In this document: positions 47,058 through 55,346 of the stretch, piece by piece
Layout: the number at the start of each line of letters is the position of its first letter
Numbering within the stretch: the stretch's first letter is position 1
Assembly (NCBI GenBank): GCA_036274235.1
Contig: DASUGC010000111.1
Span: forward strand, 1-55,585
From: Vicinamibacterales bacterium
Lineage (GTDB): Bacteria > Acidobacteriota > Vicinamibacteria > Vicinamibacterales > SCN-69-37
DNA length: 55,585 nt
Direction of reading: 5' to 3'
Position numbers and translations under genes: made by a program
The notes under the pieces: generated by a model
What the model was told of the DNA's origin: nothing
The model's database searches: none
What the model saw: the letters and a program-made list of their open reading frames with translations, nothing else

Positions 47058-48509
47058 CTACGCCCGTCCCCTGACCCGCCGGCCCCGATCGTGCCGGCCG
47101 CGATCCCGCTCCGGCCGGCCTTCCCTGTCCGGACGGCGATCGCGTTCCCGCTCCGGCCGCCGGTCGCGCTCCGGCCGATGATCGCGCGGGCGATCGCCCG
47201 GAGCGGGGCTTGGGCCGGCGATGCGCGCGAACAGGCGCTCGTACTTCCGCAGGATGCTGCCCCAGCGGTAGTGGCGGTTGATGTAGAGCTTGCCGTTGTG
47301 GCCGAGCGCCGCGCGCAGCTCGGCATCGCGCATCAGCAGTTTCAGGGCCTCGCAGAACTCCCAGCGGTCGGCGTAGTACAGCCCCGCATGGCTTTGCCGG
47401 CAGTGCTCGACCAGCACCTCCGACTGCGCGTTGACGAGCACCGGCGTCCCGGCGGCCATGGCCTCCAGCGCCAGCAGCGACAGGCTCTCGTACGGTGAGG
47501 GCACGACCACGACCGTGGCGGCCTCGAGCGCGTGCAGCCGTTCCTCGTCGGGCAGCAGGCCCGCGAAGCGCACGTGCGGATCCTCGGGGAGCGGCATCAT
47601 CTTCGCGCCCATCAGCATCAGCGTGGCATCGCCATGTTCGCGGACGTAAGCCTGGAAGTACTCGAGCAGTTCTTCGCAGCCCTTGCCGCGATCGATGCGG
47701 CCGCCGTAGAGGACAAACGGCTCGTGAATGCGGTGCCGGCGGCGGAACGCATTGGCCGGACCTTCCAGGTGCGGCGCGAGCGGCTCACGCTTGTCGGCGC
47801 CCTCGAGCCGCCGCTGCCACTCGAATTGCGGCCGTTTGTCGAAGCCGCTCTCCGCCTCTTCATGGCCGTCGCCGTCACTTTCGGTAATCGCCTCGCCCTC
47901 CGGCAAATCGATTCCGCAGCCGACGACATCCTCGACGACCGTGCGAAGCGTGAAGCGGGAGGAGACAAAGCGGCGCTCGGCCTCGGTGTTCCACGCGATC
48001 GCGGCGGCGCTTCCGAAGACCTCGCGGTACATGTCGAGGTGAATCGGCGGCTCCTCATGCGCGGTCGGGACGAGGAGAGACTTGGACGGCGCAATCCGGA
48101 TGCCCAGCACGGTTGGCGCGTAGAGATAGGTGAAAAAGACGAGCACGTCGTACGACTGATGATGCCGCTGGATGTAGTCGATGAGGCCGGGCGACCATGG
48201 CCCCTGCTGCTTGAGCCATTCCGACTCGTCCTGGCCGGTGTGGCGTTCGTGATACACGCGTTCGGACAGCCGGTTGAAGGCCTGCATGTCGCGTGTGCGC
48301 GATGTGGCAAACCGTCGCACGGTCACGCCGCGCATCCGGTCGGCGCCTTCCGGATACTCATTGGCCCACGTCAGGTAATCGCGCGCGCACGTCGTCAGGA
48401 CATCCACCTGGTGGCGCGCCGCCAGCCGTTCGGCCACGAGCCGGCAGTGATGCTCGGCTCCGCCCAGGATGTCGGTTCCGTACCGCTGCACGACAAACGC
48501 GATTCTCAC
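47058..48509 (-). CDS. GT4 (GT-B fold) glycosyltransferase, type A' paralogue, with Arg/Asp/Glu-rich C-terminal tail
   Basis: 483 aa starting at a GTG in a GTGA overlap. The N-terminus MRIAFVVQRYGTDILGGAEHHCRLVAERL parallels the gene at 50802. The C-terminal Rossmann half has VVVPSPYESLSLLALEAMAAGTPVLV (E-x7-E region). The tail is RPRDHRPERDRRPERERDRRPDREGRPERDRGRHDRGRRVRGRA. Confidence 0.85.
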   Translation of the reverse strand: MRIAFVVQRYGTDILGGAEHHCRLVAERLAARHQVDVLTTCARDYLTWANEYPEGADRMRGVTVRRFATSRTRDMQAFNRLSERVYHERHTGQDESEWLKQQGPWSPGLIDYIQRHHQSYDVLVFFTYLYAPTVLGIRIAPSKSLLVPTAHEEPPIHLDMYREVFGSAAAIAWNTEAERRFVSSRFTLRTVVEDVVGCGIDLPEGEAITESDGDGHEEAESGFDKRPQFEWQRRLEGADKREPLAPHLEGPANAFRRRHRIHEPFVLYGGRIDRGKGCEELLEYFQAYVREHGDATLMLMGAKMMPLPEDPHVRFAGLLPDEERLHALEAATVVVVPSPYESLSLLALEAMAAGTPVLVNAQSEVLVEHCRQSHAGLYYADRWEFCEALKLLMRDAELRAALGHNGKLYINRHYRWGSILRKYERLFARIAGPSPAPGDRPRDHRPERDRRPERERDRRPDREGRPERDRGRHDRGRRVRGRA

Positions 48510-49573
48510 GACCCTACGGTCTCCAGGATCTTCAGGAAGGCGGGCTCGATGCGGCGGCGATCGAAGTCCCGCACACGCGCGCGCTGTCCGGCAAGCACAC
48601 CCTGCCGGAACGGCTCGTCGTAAATCAGGCCGCCGAGCAGCTCGGCGGCCATCTCCAGATCTTTCGGCCGGAACGACACACCGGCGCCGCCAAGTGTCTC
48701 CGGCACGGCGGTGCCGGCATACGCGAGCACGGGGACGTCCATCGACATGGCCTCGACGAGCGGCACGCAGAAGCCTTCATGTTCGCTCAGCGACACGTAG
48801 GCATGCGCGTGTCTGTAGTACGCCGCCAGCTCGTCTTCCGGCACCGCGCCGGTAAACCAGAAGCGATCGGCCGGAATCCTGAACGTCTGCACCATGGCCT
48901 GCACGGCCTCGAAGTAGCCGGGCACCACATCGTATCTGCCTACGAAGATGAAGCGGTAGTACGCATCCACATAGCGCATGTAGTGTTGTGCCAGGTGCAC
49001 GTGATGGTCGATGCGCTTCTGCGGCGCGATGCGGCCGACGAACAGGATGTTCACGAAGTCGTCCTGGAGCAGCCGGTCGAGCGCGGGGACGGGCGGCGCC
49101 CGGCGCAGGCGCTCGATGTCCACCAGAATCGGCAGCACCCGAGTCTCGGCGAACCCCAGTTCGTCGAGCTCCGCGCAACTGAACGCCGACGCGCCGGTCG
49201 CCAGATCCACGCGGCCGGCCAATGCCGCCAGCTCCTGCCGCGCGACCGCCGAGGTTCGCGCCATGCCGGCGTCGTACGGCGCGAAGAATCGGGCCGGTGT
49301 CACATTGTGGTACGCGAGGATGCGCGCGCCCGGCAGCCGTCCGAATGCGGCGCTCATGGGCGAGGCGGTCGCGAAGTGCAGGATGGTCACGTCGGCGTCG
49401 CGGGCCTCGGGCTCCTCCCAGGAGTAAATGTCCGACTCGAGCGCGCGATCGACGTGGATCGCAAAGATCTCCGATTCGTGTCCCCATCCCCGGCAGAGAT
49501 CGCGCAATCGCCGCGCCTGGTCTCCCACCGCGTCGCCCTGGTGTGCCGATGGCACCCACTGGTGGACGATCAC
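48506..49573 (-). CDS. GT4 glycosyltransferase, type B' paralogue
   Basis: 355 aa starting at a GTG in a GTGA overlap. MIVHQWVPSAHQGDAVGDQ parallels the gene at 49570. The C-terminal half has YVSLSEHEGFCVPLVEAMSMDVPVLA. Confidence 0.85.
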   Translation of the reverse strand: MIVHQWVPSAHQGDAVGDQARRLRDLCRGWGHESEIFAIHVDRALESDIYSWEEPEARDADVTILHFATASPMSAAFGRLPGARILAYHNVTPARFFAPYDAGMARTSAVARQELAALAGRVDLATGASAFSCAELDELGFAETRVLPILVDIERLRRAPPVPALDRLLQDDFVNILFVGRIAPQKRIDHHVHLAQHYMRYVDAYYRFIFVGRYDVVPGYFEAVQAMVQTFRIPADRFWFTGAVPEDELAAYYRHAHAYVSLSEHEGFCVPLVEAMSMDVPVLAYAGTAVPETLGGAGVSFRPKDLEMAAELLGGLIYDEPFRQGVLAGQRARVRDFDRRRIEPAFLKILETVGS

Positions 49574-50805
49574 CGGCGGTCCACCACGTCGGCGACCGGG
49601 GCCGTGTCCGCGGCCGGCGGCAGCGACTGAAACGCGGACGGCCGCGTCTCACGAATGACGTCCAGCTCCTCCGCCAGCTGAAACTGACGCCAGAAGTCGG
49701 CCGCAATCGGAATCGAGGTCCGGACGGGCGCCGCGATCACGCGCTCGACATGAGCGATCGTCTGCCCAGCGAAATCCGTCGCCTGCAGTCTCGCCAGCGC
49801 GGCGTCCTGCGCCTGCAGTACGCGCGCCTCGAGCGCCTCGTCCGTCGCGACGGCATCGATCAAGCCGGCCACCTCGAGCGGATCGTCCCTGTCATACAGG
49901 AGCCCGCCGCCGTCCATGGTGTCGGGCACGGCGGCCGCGGCCCGCGCGATCACGGGCACGCGCTTGTAGAACGCTTCCATGAGCGGCACGCAGAAGCCTT
50001 CGTGCTCGCTCGCGGATAGAAAGACGTCCGCGACGTCATAGAGCGCCGTCAGTTCGGCGGCGCTGACCTGACCGAGGATATGCACGCCGTGTGCGTCGCC
50101 GCCAAGCCGCCTCGCGAGCGCGTACAACTCATCTCGATAATCGGGAAAGTGCGCGTGGGATCCGGCCAGCAACAGCCGCGCCGGACGCCGGGACAGCAAT
50201 CGATAGGCGTGAACGTACCGGATGAGCTGATCCGGGCGTTTGTTGGGGATCAGCCGCCCGACGAACAGGATGTTCACGGCCTCGTCGTCAAACGCGTCGA
50301 GGATGCGCGAATCGGGCGTCGCGTCCAGATGCGAGAAGTCGGCAATGAGCGGCTGAATGTCCGTGGGCGTGAATCCCAGTTGCTCCAGTTCGCGGCGGTT
50401 GTACTCGGACACGCCGAGGGCGAGACTGACTCTCGAGGCGTACGCCCGCAACTCGCGGCGGCCGTGGAAGGTCTGCCGGACGAGGCCGGGATGCTCGCCG
50501 AGGAAGTATTCCGGCGGCGTGATGTTGTGGTACGTGAGAATCATCCGGCTCGGAACGGCGTAGGCGGTCCGCAACGCGCGCGATCCCAGCGAGAACTGAG
50601 CGATCACGACGTCGTCTGGCCGGACGACCTCGGGCAGCTCGCGATAGTCCCGCGTCAGATGTTCCAGTCGAGGGTCCGCGGTCTCCGCGAAGATGTCGGT
50701 GTCAAAACCCGCATCGCTGAGCACGCGGAACGTGCTGAGCGCGTGTTGACCGATGGCGTCGCCGTAGCCGAGCGACGCCAGCACTTGAAAGACGCGCGGT
50801 CTCAC
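49570..50805 (-). CDS. GT4 glycosyltransferase, type B paralogue
   Basis: I trimmed it to GTG 50805 (GTGA overlap with the upstream stop). (M)RPRVFQVLASLGYGDAIGQH aligns with the N-terminus of the 48506 gene. It also has FLSASEHEGFCVPLMEAFYKRVPVIA. Confidence 0.85.
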   Translation of the reverse strand: MRPRVFQVLASLGYGDAIGQHALSTFRVLSDAGFDTDIFAETADPRLEHLTRDYRELPEVVRPDDVVIAQFSLGSRALRTAYAVPSRMILTYHNITPPEYFLGEHPGLVRQTFHGRRELRAYASRVSLALGVSEYNRRELEQLGFTPTDIQPLIADFSHLDATPDSRILDAFDDEAVNILFVGRLIPNKRPDQLIRYVHAYRLLSRRPARLLLAGSHAHFPDYRDELYALARRLGGDAHGVHILGQVSAAELTALYDVADVFLSASEHEGFCVPLMEAFYKRVPVIARAAAAVPDTMDGGGLLYDRDDPLEVAGLIDAVATDEALEARVLQAQDAALARLQATDFAGQTIAHVERVIAAPVRTSIPIAADFWRQFQLAEELDVIRETRPSAFQSLPPAADTAPVADVVDRR

Positions 50806-52082
50806 CGCAACACCGCGCCGGAGGGAGTGCCATCCAGCACCGCGCGCGCCGGCGGCAGCGATCGCCGATGGCGGGCGACGAAACCCGGCAGCGGCGCCAT
50901 CGCGGTGCCGGCCGGCTCGCGCGACACGCGCTCGAAGAAGTCGCGGTACTTTCGTTCGACCGAGGGCCACGTGTAGTAGCGCTGGTAATATTCACGACCC
51001 TGCCGGCCCAGGATGACGCCGGCCGGTCCCGTGGCGTCCAGATAGTGCAAGCCTTCGATGAACTCGCGAGCCGTTTCGTAGAACAGTCCGCCCTGGCTGC
51101 GCAGGCACTGGCCGCGCAGCACGTCGCAGCGTCCGTTGACGAGCACCGGCTTGCCAAGGCCCCATGCTTCGAGCACGACAATTGACAGGCTCTCAAAGGG
51201 CGACGGCATGATCAGGACGTCCGCCGCGGCCATGCCGTCGAACTTGTCCTCGTCTGGCAGGTACCCCAGGTGCCGGATCCGTGGATGCGACGGCACGTCG
51301 AGCTGTGTGGACCCGATCAGAACGAGATCCAGGCCCTGCGGGTACGCGGCGGCATATTGCTGGAAGTGCGCGAACAGTTCCGCGCAGCCTTTGTTCGGAT
51401 CGATCCGGCCGACGTAAATCGCGAACGGCCGCTTGATATTGAACTTGCGCCGGAATCGGCCGGGCTCCGGGCGGTCCGGCATGTTCGACCCGACGCCGAT
51501 GACGCTGCTCAAGCCCTTCCGATGCGTGATGCCGTCGACCATCGCGCGCTCTTCCGGCGTGAGATAGACCACGCCGCGCGCCCCGGCAATGACCGGCGCG
51601 AAGACACTGAGTCCAATCGCGGGCTCTCGTTCCGCCGTGGGAATGAGCACCGCCTTGCCCGGCACCGCGCGCGCCCCGTGATACGCCAGGTAATAGCGGA
51701 AGCTGACGAACACAAAGAAATCGTGCTCCGCCTCGTGACGTGCGATGTGGCGGATGAGGGCAGGGCTGTACGGCCCCTCGCTCCGCAGCCAGTTCAATTC
51801 GTCGGCGACAGAATGTTCATGCTCGAACACCCACTCCGAACGGAGGCCAAACTCGCGCGGATGCCGGGTCCGCCTGACAGGGAACCGCCGCACCGCGATG
51901 TTGTTGACCCGCTCTTCGCCGGCCGGATACTCGTTGCGCCACGTGACGTAGTCGTGCGCGCACGTGGTGAGCACCTGGACGTCGGCAAAGCGCGCCAGCC
52001 GCTCGGCCACATGCCGTGCGAGCAATTCAGCGCCCCCGTTGATCTCCGTCCCGTACCGCTGGACGACGATCGCCAGTCTCAC
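50802..52082 (-). CDS. GT4 glycosyltransferase, type A paralogue
   Basis: 426 aa starting at a GTG in a GTGA overlap. It has MRLAIVVQRYGTEINGGAELLARHVAERL and LIMPSPFESLSIVVLEAWGLGKPVLV. Confidence 0.85.
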   Translation of the reverse strand: MRLAIVVQRYGTEINGGAELLARHVAERLARFADVQVLTTCAHDYVTWRNEYPAGEERVNNIAVRRFPVRRTRHPREFGLRSEWVFEHEHSVADELNWLRSEGPYSPALIRHIARHEAEHDFFVFVSFRYYLAYHGARAVPGKAVLIPTAEREPAIGLSVFAPVIAGARGVVYLTPEERAMVDGITHRKGLSSVIGVGSNMPDRPEPGRFRRKFNIKRPFAIYVGRIDPNKGCAELFAHFQQYAAAYPQGLDLVLIGSTQLDVPSHPRIRHLGYLPDEDKFDGMAAADVLIMPSPFESLSIVVLEAWGLGKPVLVNGRCDVLRGQCLRSQGGLFYETAREFIEGLHYLDATGPAGVILGRQGREYYQRYYTWPSVERKYRDFFERVSREPAGTAMAPLPGFVARHRRSLPPARAVLDGTPSGAVLR

Positions 52083-52951
52083 AGATCGGATCCGCCCTCA
52101 TCATCCGGGCCGTCGTCACCCTCCGGCGGCTCGTGACCGGCGTCGGCCGGCGCGTTGGACTGCTGCGTGGACTGACCGGCGGCATTCGGGCTGTCCGCGA
52201 GGTTCTGACCCGGACGCCGCCGCCGGCGGCGACGACGTCGCCGGCCGTCTGGCCGGCCCGGTCCCTGACCTTGTCCGGGCGCGCCCGCGGCGCCTGGCTG
52301 GCCCGGCGCGCCCGCCGGCGAAGTGCTCGCCCCGCCGTTCGCAGCCTGGCCTGTCCCGGCCGCCGGAACCGGCGCGCCGGGACCGATCTTCGGCGGCGGC
52401 GGAATCGGCACCCACCCGCGGCTGCGGCTGCTCGTACCTGTCGTACCCGTACCTGTCGTACCCGTAGTACCCGTCGTACCCGTCGTACCCGATCGATACT
52501 GCACCACGCCCTCAAGCGACTTGGCGCGCCGTTCATCGAAGTCGAGCCGGCTCGACAGCGCTTCCACTTTCATCTTGAGGTTCTGCGTCTCGATTCCGAG
52601 TCGCGTCACCTCGACGACCAGGTTGTGGATGATCTCGAAGTACAGATTGAGATCCGCCATCAACTGTTTCTGGACCCGCTTGAGAATGGGATGCGCCAGC
52701 ATGAGCATCCAGCGGCGCGGTCCGCGGTGGCGGTGATACGTGGAGGGCTCGTTGCTGCGCTGCCGGAACTGCTCGAGCAGATCGGATCGCAGGTTGCTCG
52801 GGTCGGCGAACTGCTCGAGCTTGACGCTGGCCAGTTGCTGCAGCTCGGCGTCCGTGTAGTCGGCCCCGCGTTTCTCGCGGATGCGCGCGCGAATCTGTTT
52901 CATGATCTGCTCGACATCGACCGAGTCAGATCGCACGTGTAGGTCAGACAT
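52079..52951 (-). CDS. hypothetical protein: N-terminal helical/coiled-coil region plus long disordered G/T/P/R-rich C-terminus
   Basis: 290 aa. The N-terminal part is VDVEQIMKQIRARIREKRG..LVVEVTRLGIETQNLKMKVEALSSRLDFDERR. Then comes SGTTGTTGTTGTTGTGTTGT (encoded by a 9-bp repeat), P/G/A-rich sequence, GRRRRRRRRRRPG, and an acidic end EGDDGPDDEGGSDL. AAGGAA lies upstream of the ATG. Confidence 0.65.
   Translation of the reverse strand: MSDLHVRSDSVDVEQIMKQIRARIREKRGADYTDAELQQLASVKLEQFADPSNLRSDLLEQFRQRSNEPSTYHRHRGPRRWMLMLAHPILKRVQKQLMADLNLYFEIIHNLVVEVTRLGIETQNLKMKVEALSSRLDFDERRAKSLEGVVQYRSGTTGTTGTTGTTGTGTTGTSSRSRGWVPIPPPPKIGPGAPVPAAGTGQAANGGASTSPAGAPGQPGAAGAPGQGQGPGRPDGRRRRRRRRRRPGQNLADSPNAAGQSTQQSNAPADAGHEPPEGDDGPDDEGGSDL
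52434..52493. repeat. tandem 9-bp repeat array GTACC(C/T)GTC inside a CDS
   Basis: gtacctgtc gtaccc gtacctgtc gtacccgta gtacccgtc gtacccgtc gtacccgat. On the minus strand it encodes GTTGTTGTTGTTGTGTTGT within the 52079..52951 ORF. Confidence 0.85.
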
Positions 52952-52975
52952 ATGACATTCCTTGGCTCCGGGCGG

Positions 52976-53848
52976 TCATCGCCACGGCCCGTAGAGGATC
53001 AGGACCACCGAAGCGGCCCACAGCGCCACGCATATCTGCACGGGGCGATCCTCGAGGAGCGTGTCGGATGGGCTTCCCCCGCCGTCACGCTGATGAACGA
53101 GATAAAGGTACCGGAAGATGCCGTACAGCGGGAACGGCACGGTCCAAATCAACTGCGCCGTGCCGAATCGCTGCTCGGTGTCGGGACTGATCGTGTAAAA
53201 CGCGTAGGCCAGCAGGGTGGACGCGGTCACCACGCTGATCATCTGATCAAGGAGATAGGGGCTGTACTCGGCGAGGCTTCTTCGGTGCGAGCCTGCCGTG
53301 TGGGTGAGCGCGACGATCTCGGCGCGCCGCTTGCTGAGGCCGAGAAACAACGCGCCAAGCAGGGTCAGCAACAGCAGCCAGTGACTGAACGTCACCTGGA
53401 CTGCCGCGGCGCCCCCCGCCGCGCGCAGCACGAACCCCGCCGCCAGCAGGAGGACGTCCAGAATGACGATGTGTTTGGCCCAGAAGGTGTAGGCGGTCAT
53501 CAGGGCCAGGTAGGCGGTCGCCACGGCGCCGAACACGTGGTTGATCCAGAACGCGGTGCCGAGCGACACGGCGGCGAGCACCGCCGCCGCGCCAATCGCG
53601 GCGCCGATGCTGAGCGCGCCGGAGGCGATCGGGCGGCTCGCCTTGGCCGGGTGCAGGCGATCGGCTTCGCGATCGTGCACGTCATTGAGGAGATAGACGG
53701 AACTCGACAACAGGCAGAAGACGATGAAGGCGGTGATCGCCAGTTGCACTGACACGGGATCGGTCAGCTTCTGCCCGAAGATCAGGCCCGCGAAGACAAG
53801 GACGTTCTTCGTCCATTGCCGCGGGCGCATCGCGCGGACCAGGTGCAT
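52976..53848 (-). CDS. UbiA-superfamily prenyl-phosphate phosphoribosyltransferase (decaprenyl-phosphate 5-phosphoribosyltransferase-like)
   Basis: 290 aa and polytopic. MRPRQWTKNVLVFAGLIFG and the Asp-rich motif YLLNDVHDREADRLHPAKASRPIASG match the DPPR-synthase (mycobacterial UbiA/Rv3806c-type) branch rather than quinone prenyltransferases. Confidence 0.75.
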   Translation of the reverse strand: MHLVRAMRPRQWTKNVLVFAGLIFGQKLTDPVSVQLAITAFIVFCLLSSSVYLLNDVHDREADRLHPAKASRPIASGALSIGAAIGAAAVLAAVSLGTAFWINHVFGAVATAYLALMTAYTFWAKHIVILDVLLLAAGFVLRAAGGAAAVQVTFSHWLLLLTLLGALFLGLSKRRAEIVALTHTAGSHRRSLAEYSPYLLDQMISVVTASTLLAYAFYTISPDTEQRFGTAQLIWTVPFPLYGIFRYLYLVHQRDGGGSPSDTLLEDRPVQICVALWAASVVLILYGPWR

Positions 53849-53885
53849 GGGTTGGGCAGAGCGGAGCGCCGGCTCCGCTCCGGCG

Positions 53886-54224
53886 TCAGGAGTAGCTCTT
53901 GAGCGCGTCCGACTCCGACTCGAACGTCTCGAAGACCGTCAGGAGCTTGGTGATCATCAACAGGTCCGTGATGCGCTTGGTCAGATGGACCAGTTTGAGC
54001 TGTCCGCCCTGTCGGCTCACCGTTGTATACGTGCGGACGATTTCGCCGAGGCCCGCGCTGTCGATGTACGGCACTTCGCCCAGATTCAGCAGGATCTTCT
54101 TGCGATCCTGCTGGATCAGCGAGTTGATCTTGTCCTTGAGGACTTCGTCGCCCTCGCCGAGTGTGATTTTGCCTTTCAGGTCGAGAATCGTCACGTTGTT
54201 GACGACTCGTTCCTCGATCTGCAT
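53886..54224 (-). CDS. STAS-domain anti-sigma-factor antagonist (SpoIIAA/RsbV-like)
   Basis: I trimmed it to ATG 54224, which follows AAGGAG. The 112-aa sequence is MQIEERVVNNVTILDLKGKITLGEGDEVLKDKINSLIQQDRKKILLNLGEVPYIDSAGLGEIVRTYTTVSRQGGQLKLVHLTKRITDLLMITKL. It keeps the phosphorylatable Ser context (IDSAGLG). Confidence 0.88.
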   Translation of the reverse strand: MQIEERVVNNVTILDLKGKITLGEGDEVLKDKINSLIQQDRKKILLNLGEVPYIDSAGLGEIVRTYTTVSRQGGQLKLVHLTKRITDLLMITKLLTVFETFESESDALKSYS

Positions 54225-54244
54225 GCGAACTCCTTTTTTTAAAC

Positions 54245-54355
54245 TGGGGGGACTTCGTCCCCGCCAGACCCCCCTGACGCGCTCACTCGCGGGGGCCCCT
54301 TGGCCCCGCTCCGTTCGCGCGGCTCGCTCGCACGGCTCGCTTGCGGCAGCCGGGG
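54245..54355 (-). repeat. related GCGAG-rich element in opposite orientation
   Basis: The minus strand reads gccgcaagcgagccgtgcgagcgagccgcgcgaacggagcggggccaaggggcccccgcgagtgagcgcgtcaggggggtctggcggggacgaagtcccccc. It shares with sub-repeat b at 55396 a cgcgagKgagcg box followed by a G-run/C-run hairpin. The similarity is loose and judged by eye. Confidence 0.45.
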
Positions 54356-54492
54356 GAGCCGATTCTCTCCGCACGCCGTTCGCGCGCGGCGATATTAAGG
54401 GCCATAGTCTATACGGAAAGACGCTGGCTGGGTGCTTAGACACCAGGCAAGGGGCTTGGGGGCGCGGGTCCTTCGGGATAACGTGTAGGCCT

Positions 54493-55311
54493 GTGGAAAA
54501 GCGGTACGCCCCTGACCCCGGTGTCATTTTCGCCGTGGCCATCCTTCTGAGCCTGCCGGCCGTCGCGAACGCCCAGGCCCCGGCCCCCAAGCCCCGATTC
54601 GGCATCACCGACAACTCATTTCTAGTGGAGGAGGCCTTCAACCAGGACCCAGGGGTATTCCAAAACATCTTCATGGTGACGCGCTCGACCGACCGGCGGT
54701 GGGATGGGGCGTTTACACAGGAATGGCCCGTCCGGAGCCTGCGCCATCAGTTCTCCTACACGCTGCCGGCCAGCATGGTTTCCGGCGATGCGGCGATGGG
54801 AGACATCCTCCTGAATTACCGCTTCCAGCTATGGACCGAGGGCAAGCTGCCGGCCTTTTCCCCGAGAGTCAGCGTGATTCTGCCGTCGAGCGAGGAGCGG
54901 CGCACGCGCGTGGGTTCGGATCCGGGCTGGCAGTTCAATCTGCCATTCAGCCGCGCATTCGGCCGGTTATACCTGCACGGTAACGCCGGTGCCACCTGGA
55001 TCAAGGATCGCGTCGAATCGAATGCACGGCCGGCGGAGTGGACCAACATCCCCAGCTGGGCCGCCAGCGCGAACTGGGCCATCACGCCGATGTTTCAGGC
55101 GATGTTCGAAACCTACGGCCAAAGCGCGTCGCAGATCGACGCCGTGCGCGAAAACATTGTGATCGTGTCGCCTGGGTTCCGGACAGGCTGGAACTTCGGC
55201 GACCGCCAGGTCGTCGTCGGCCTCGCCGTCCCATTCACGCGCGGCGACGTGCACGACAAAGGCGCGATTGTGTACGGGTCGCTGGAGATGCCGTTTCGAA
55301 AACGACGGTAA
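54493..55311 (+). CDS. outer-membrane beta-barrel protein ('transporter'/MetA-pathway-like), start uncertain
   Basis: The track ORF (from 53899) runs antisense through the STAS gene, so I kept only the part from in-frame GTG 54493. Signal peptide is VIFAVAILLSLPAVANAQA. Barrel-like segments include FTQEWPVRSLRHQFSYTL, GDILLNYRFQLW and GWNFGDRQVVVGLAVPF. Confidence 0.5.
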   Translation: MEKRYAPDPGVIFAVAILLSLPAVANAQAPAPKPRFGITDNSFLVEEAFNQDPGVFQNIFMVTRSTDRRWDGAFTQEWPVRSLRHQFSYTLPASMVSGDAAMGDILLNYRFQLWTEGKLPAFSPRVSVILPSSEERRTRVGSDPGWQFNLPFSRAFGRLYLHGNAGATWIKDRVESNARPAEWTNIPSWAASANWAITPMFQAMFETYGQSASQIDAVRENIVIVSPGFRTGWNFGDRQVVVGLAVPFTRGDVHDKGAIVYGSLEMPFRKRR

Positions 55312-55330
55312 CGACGAGAACGACGGGAAC
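55302..55330. repeat. three copies of the same repeat family in inverted orientation (ACGACGGTA ACGACGAGAA ACGACGGGAA)
   Basis: The reverse complement reads ttcccgtcgt ttctcgtcgt taccgtcgt. It spans the stop codon (55309-55311) of the last OMP gene. Confidence 0.7.
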
Positions 55331-55346
55331 AACTAATAAAACAGAC

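Noticed and set aside
53899-54492. Upstream two-fifths of the 470-aa plus-strand ORF 53899..55311
   Set aside because: This part runs antisense through the well-supported STAS gene and through the GC-rich repeat region. Only the part from GTG 54493 shows a signal peptide and barrel-like sequence.
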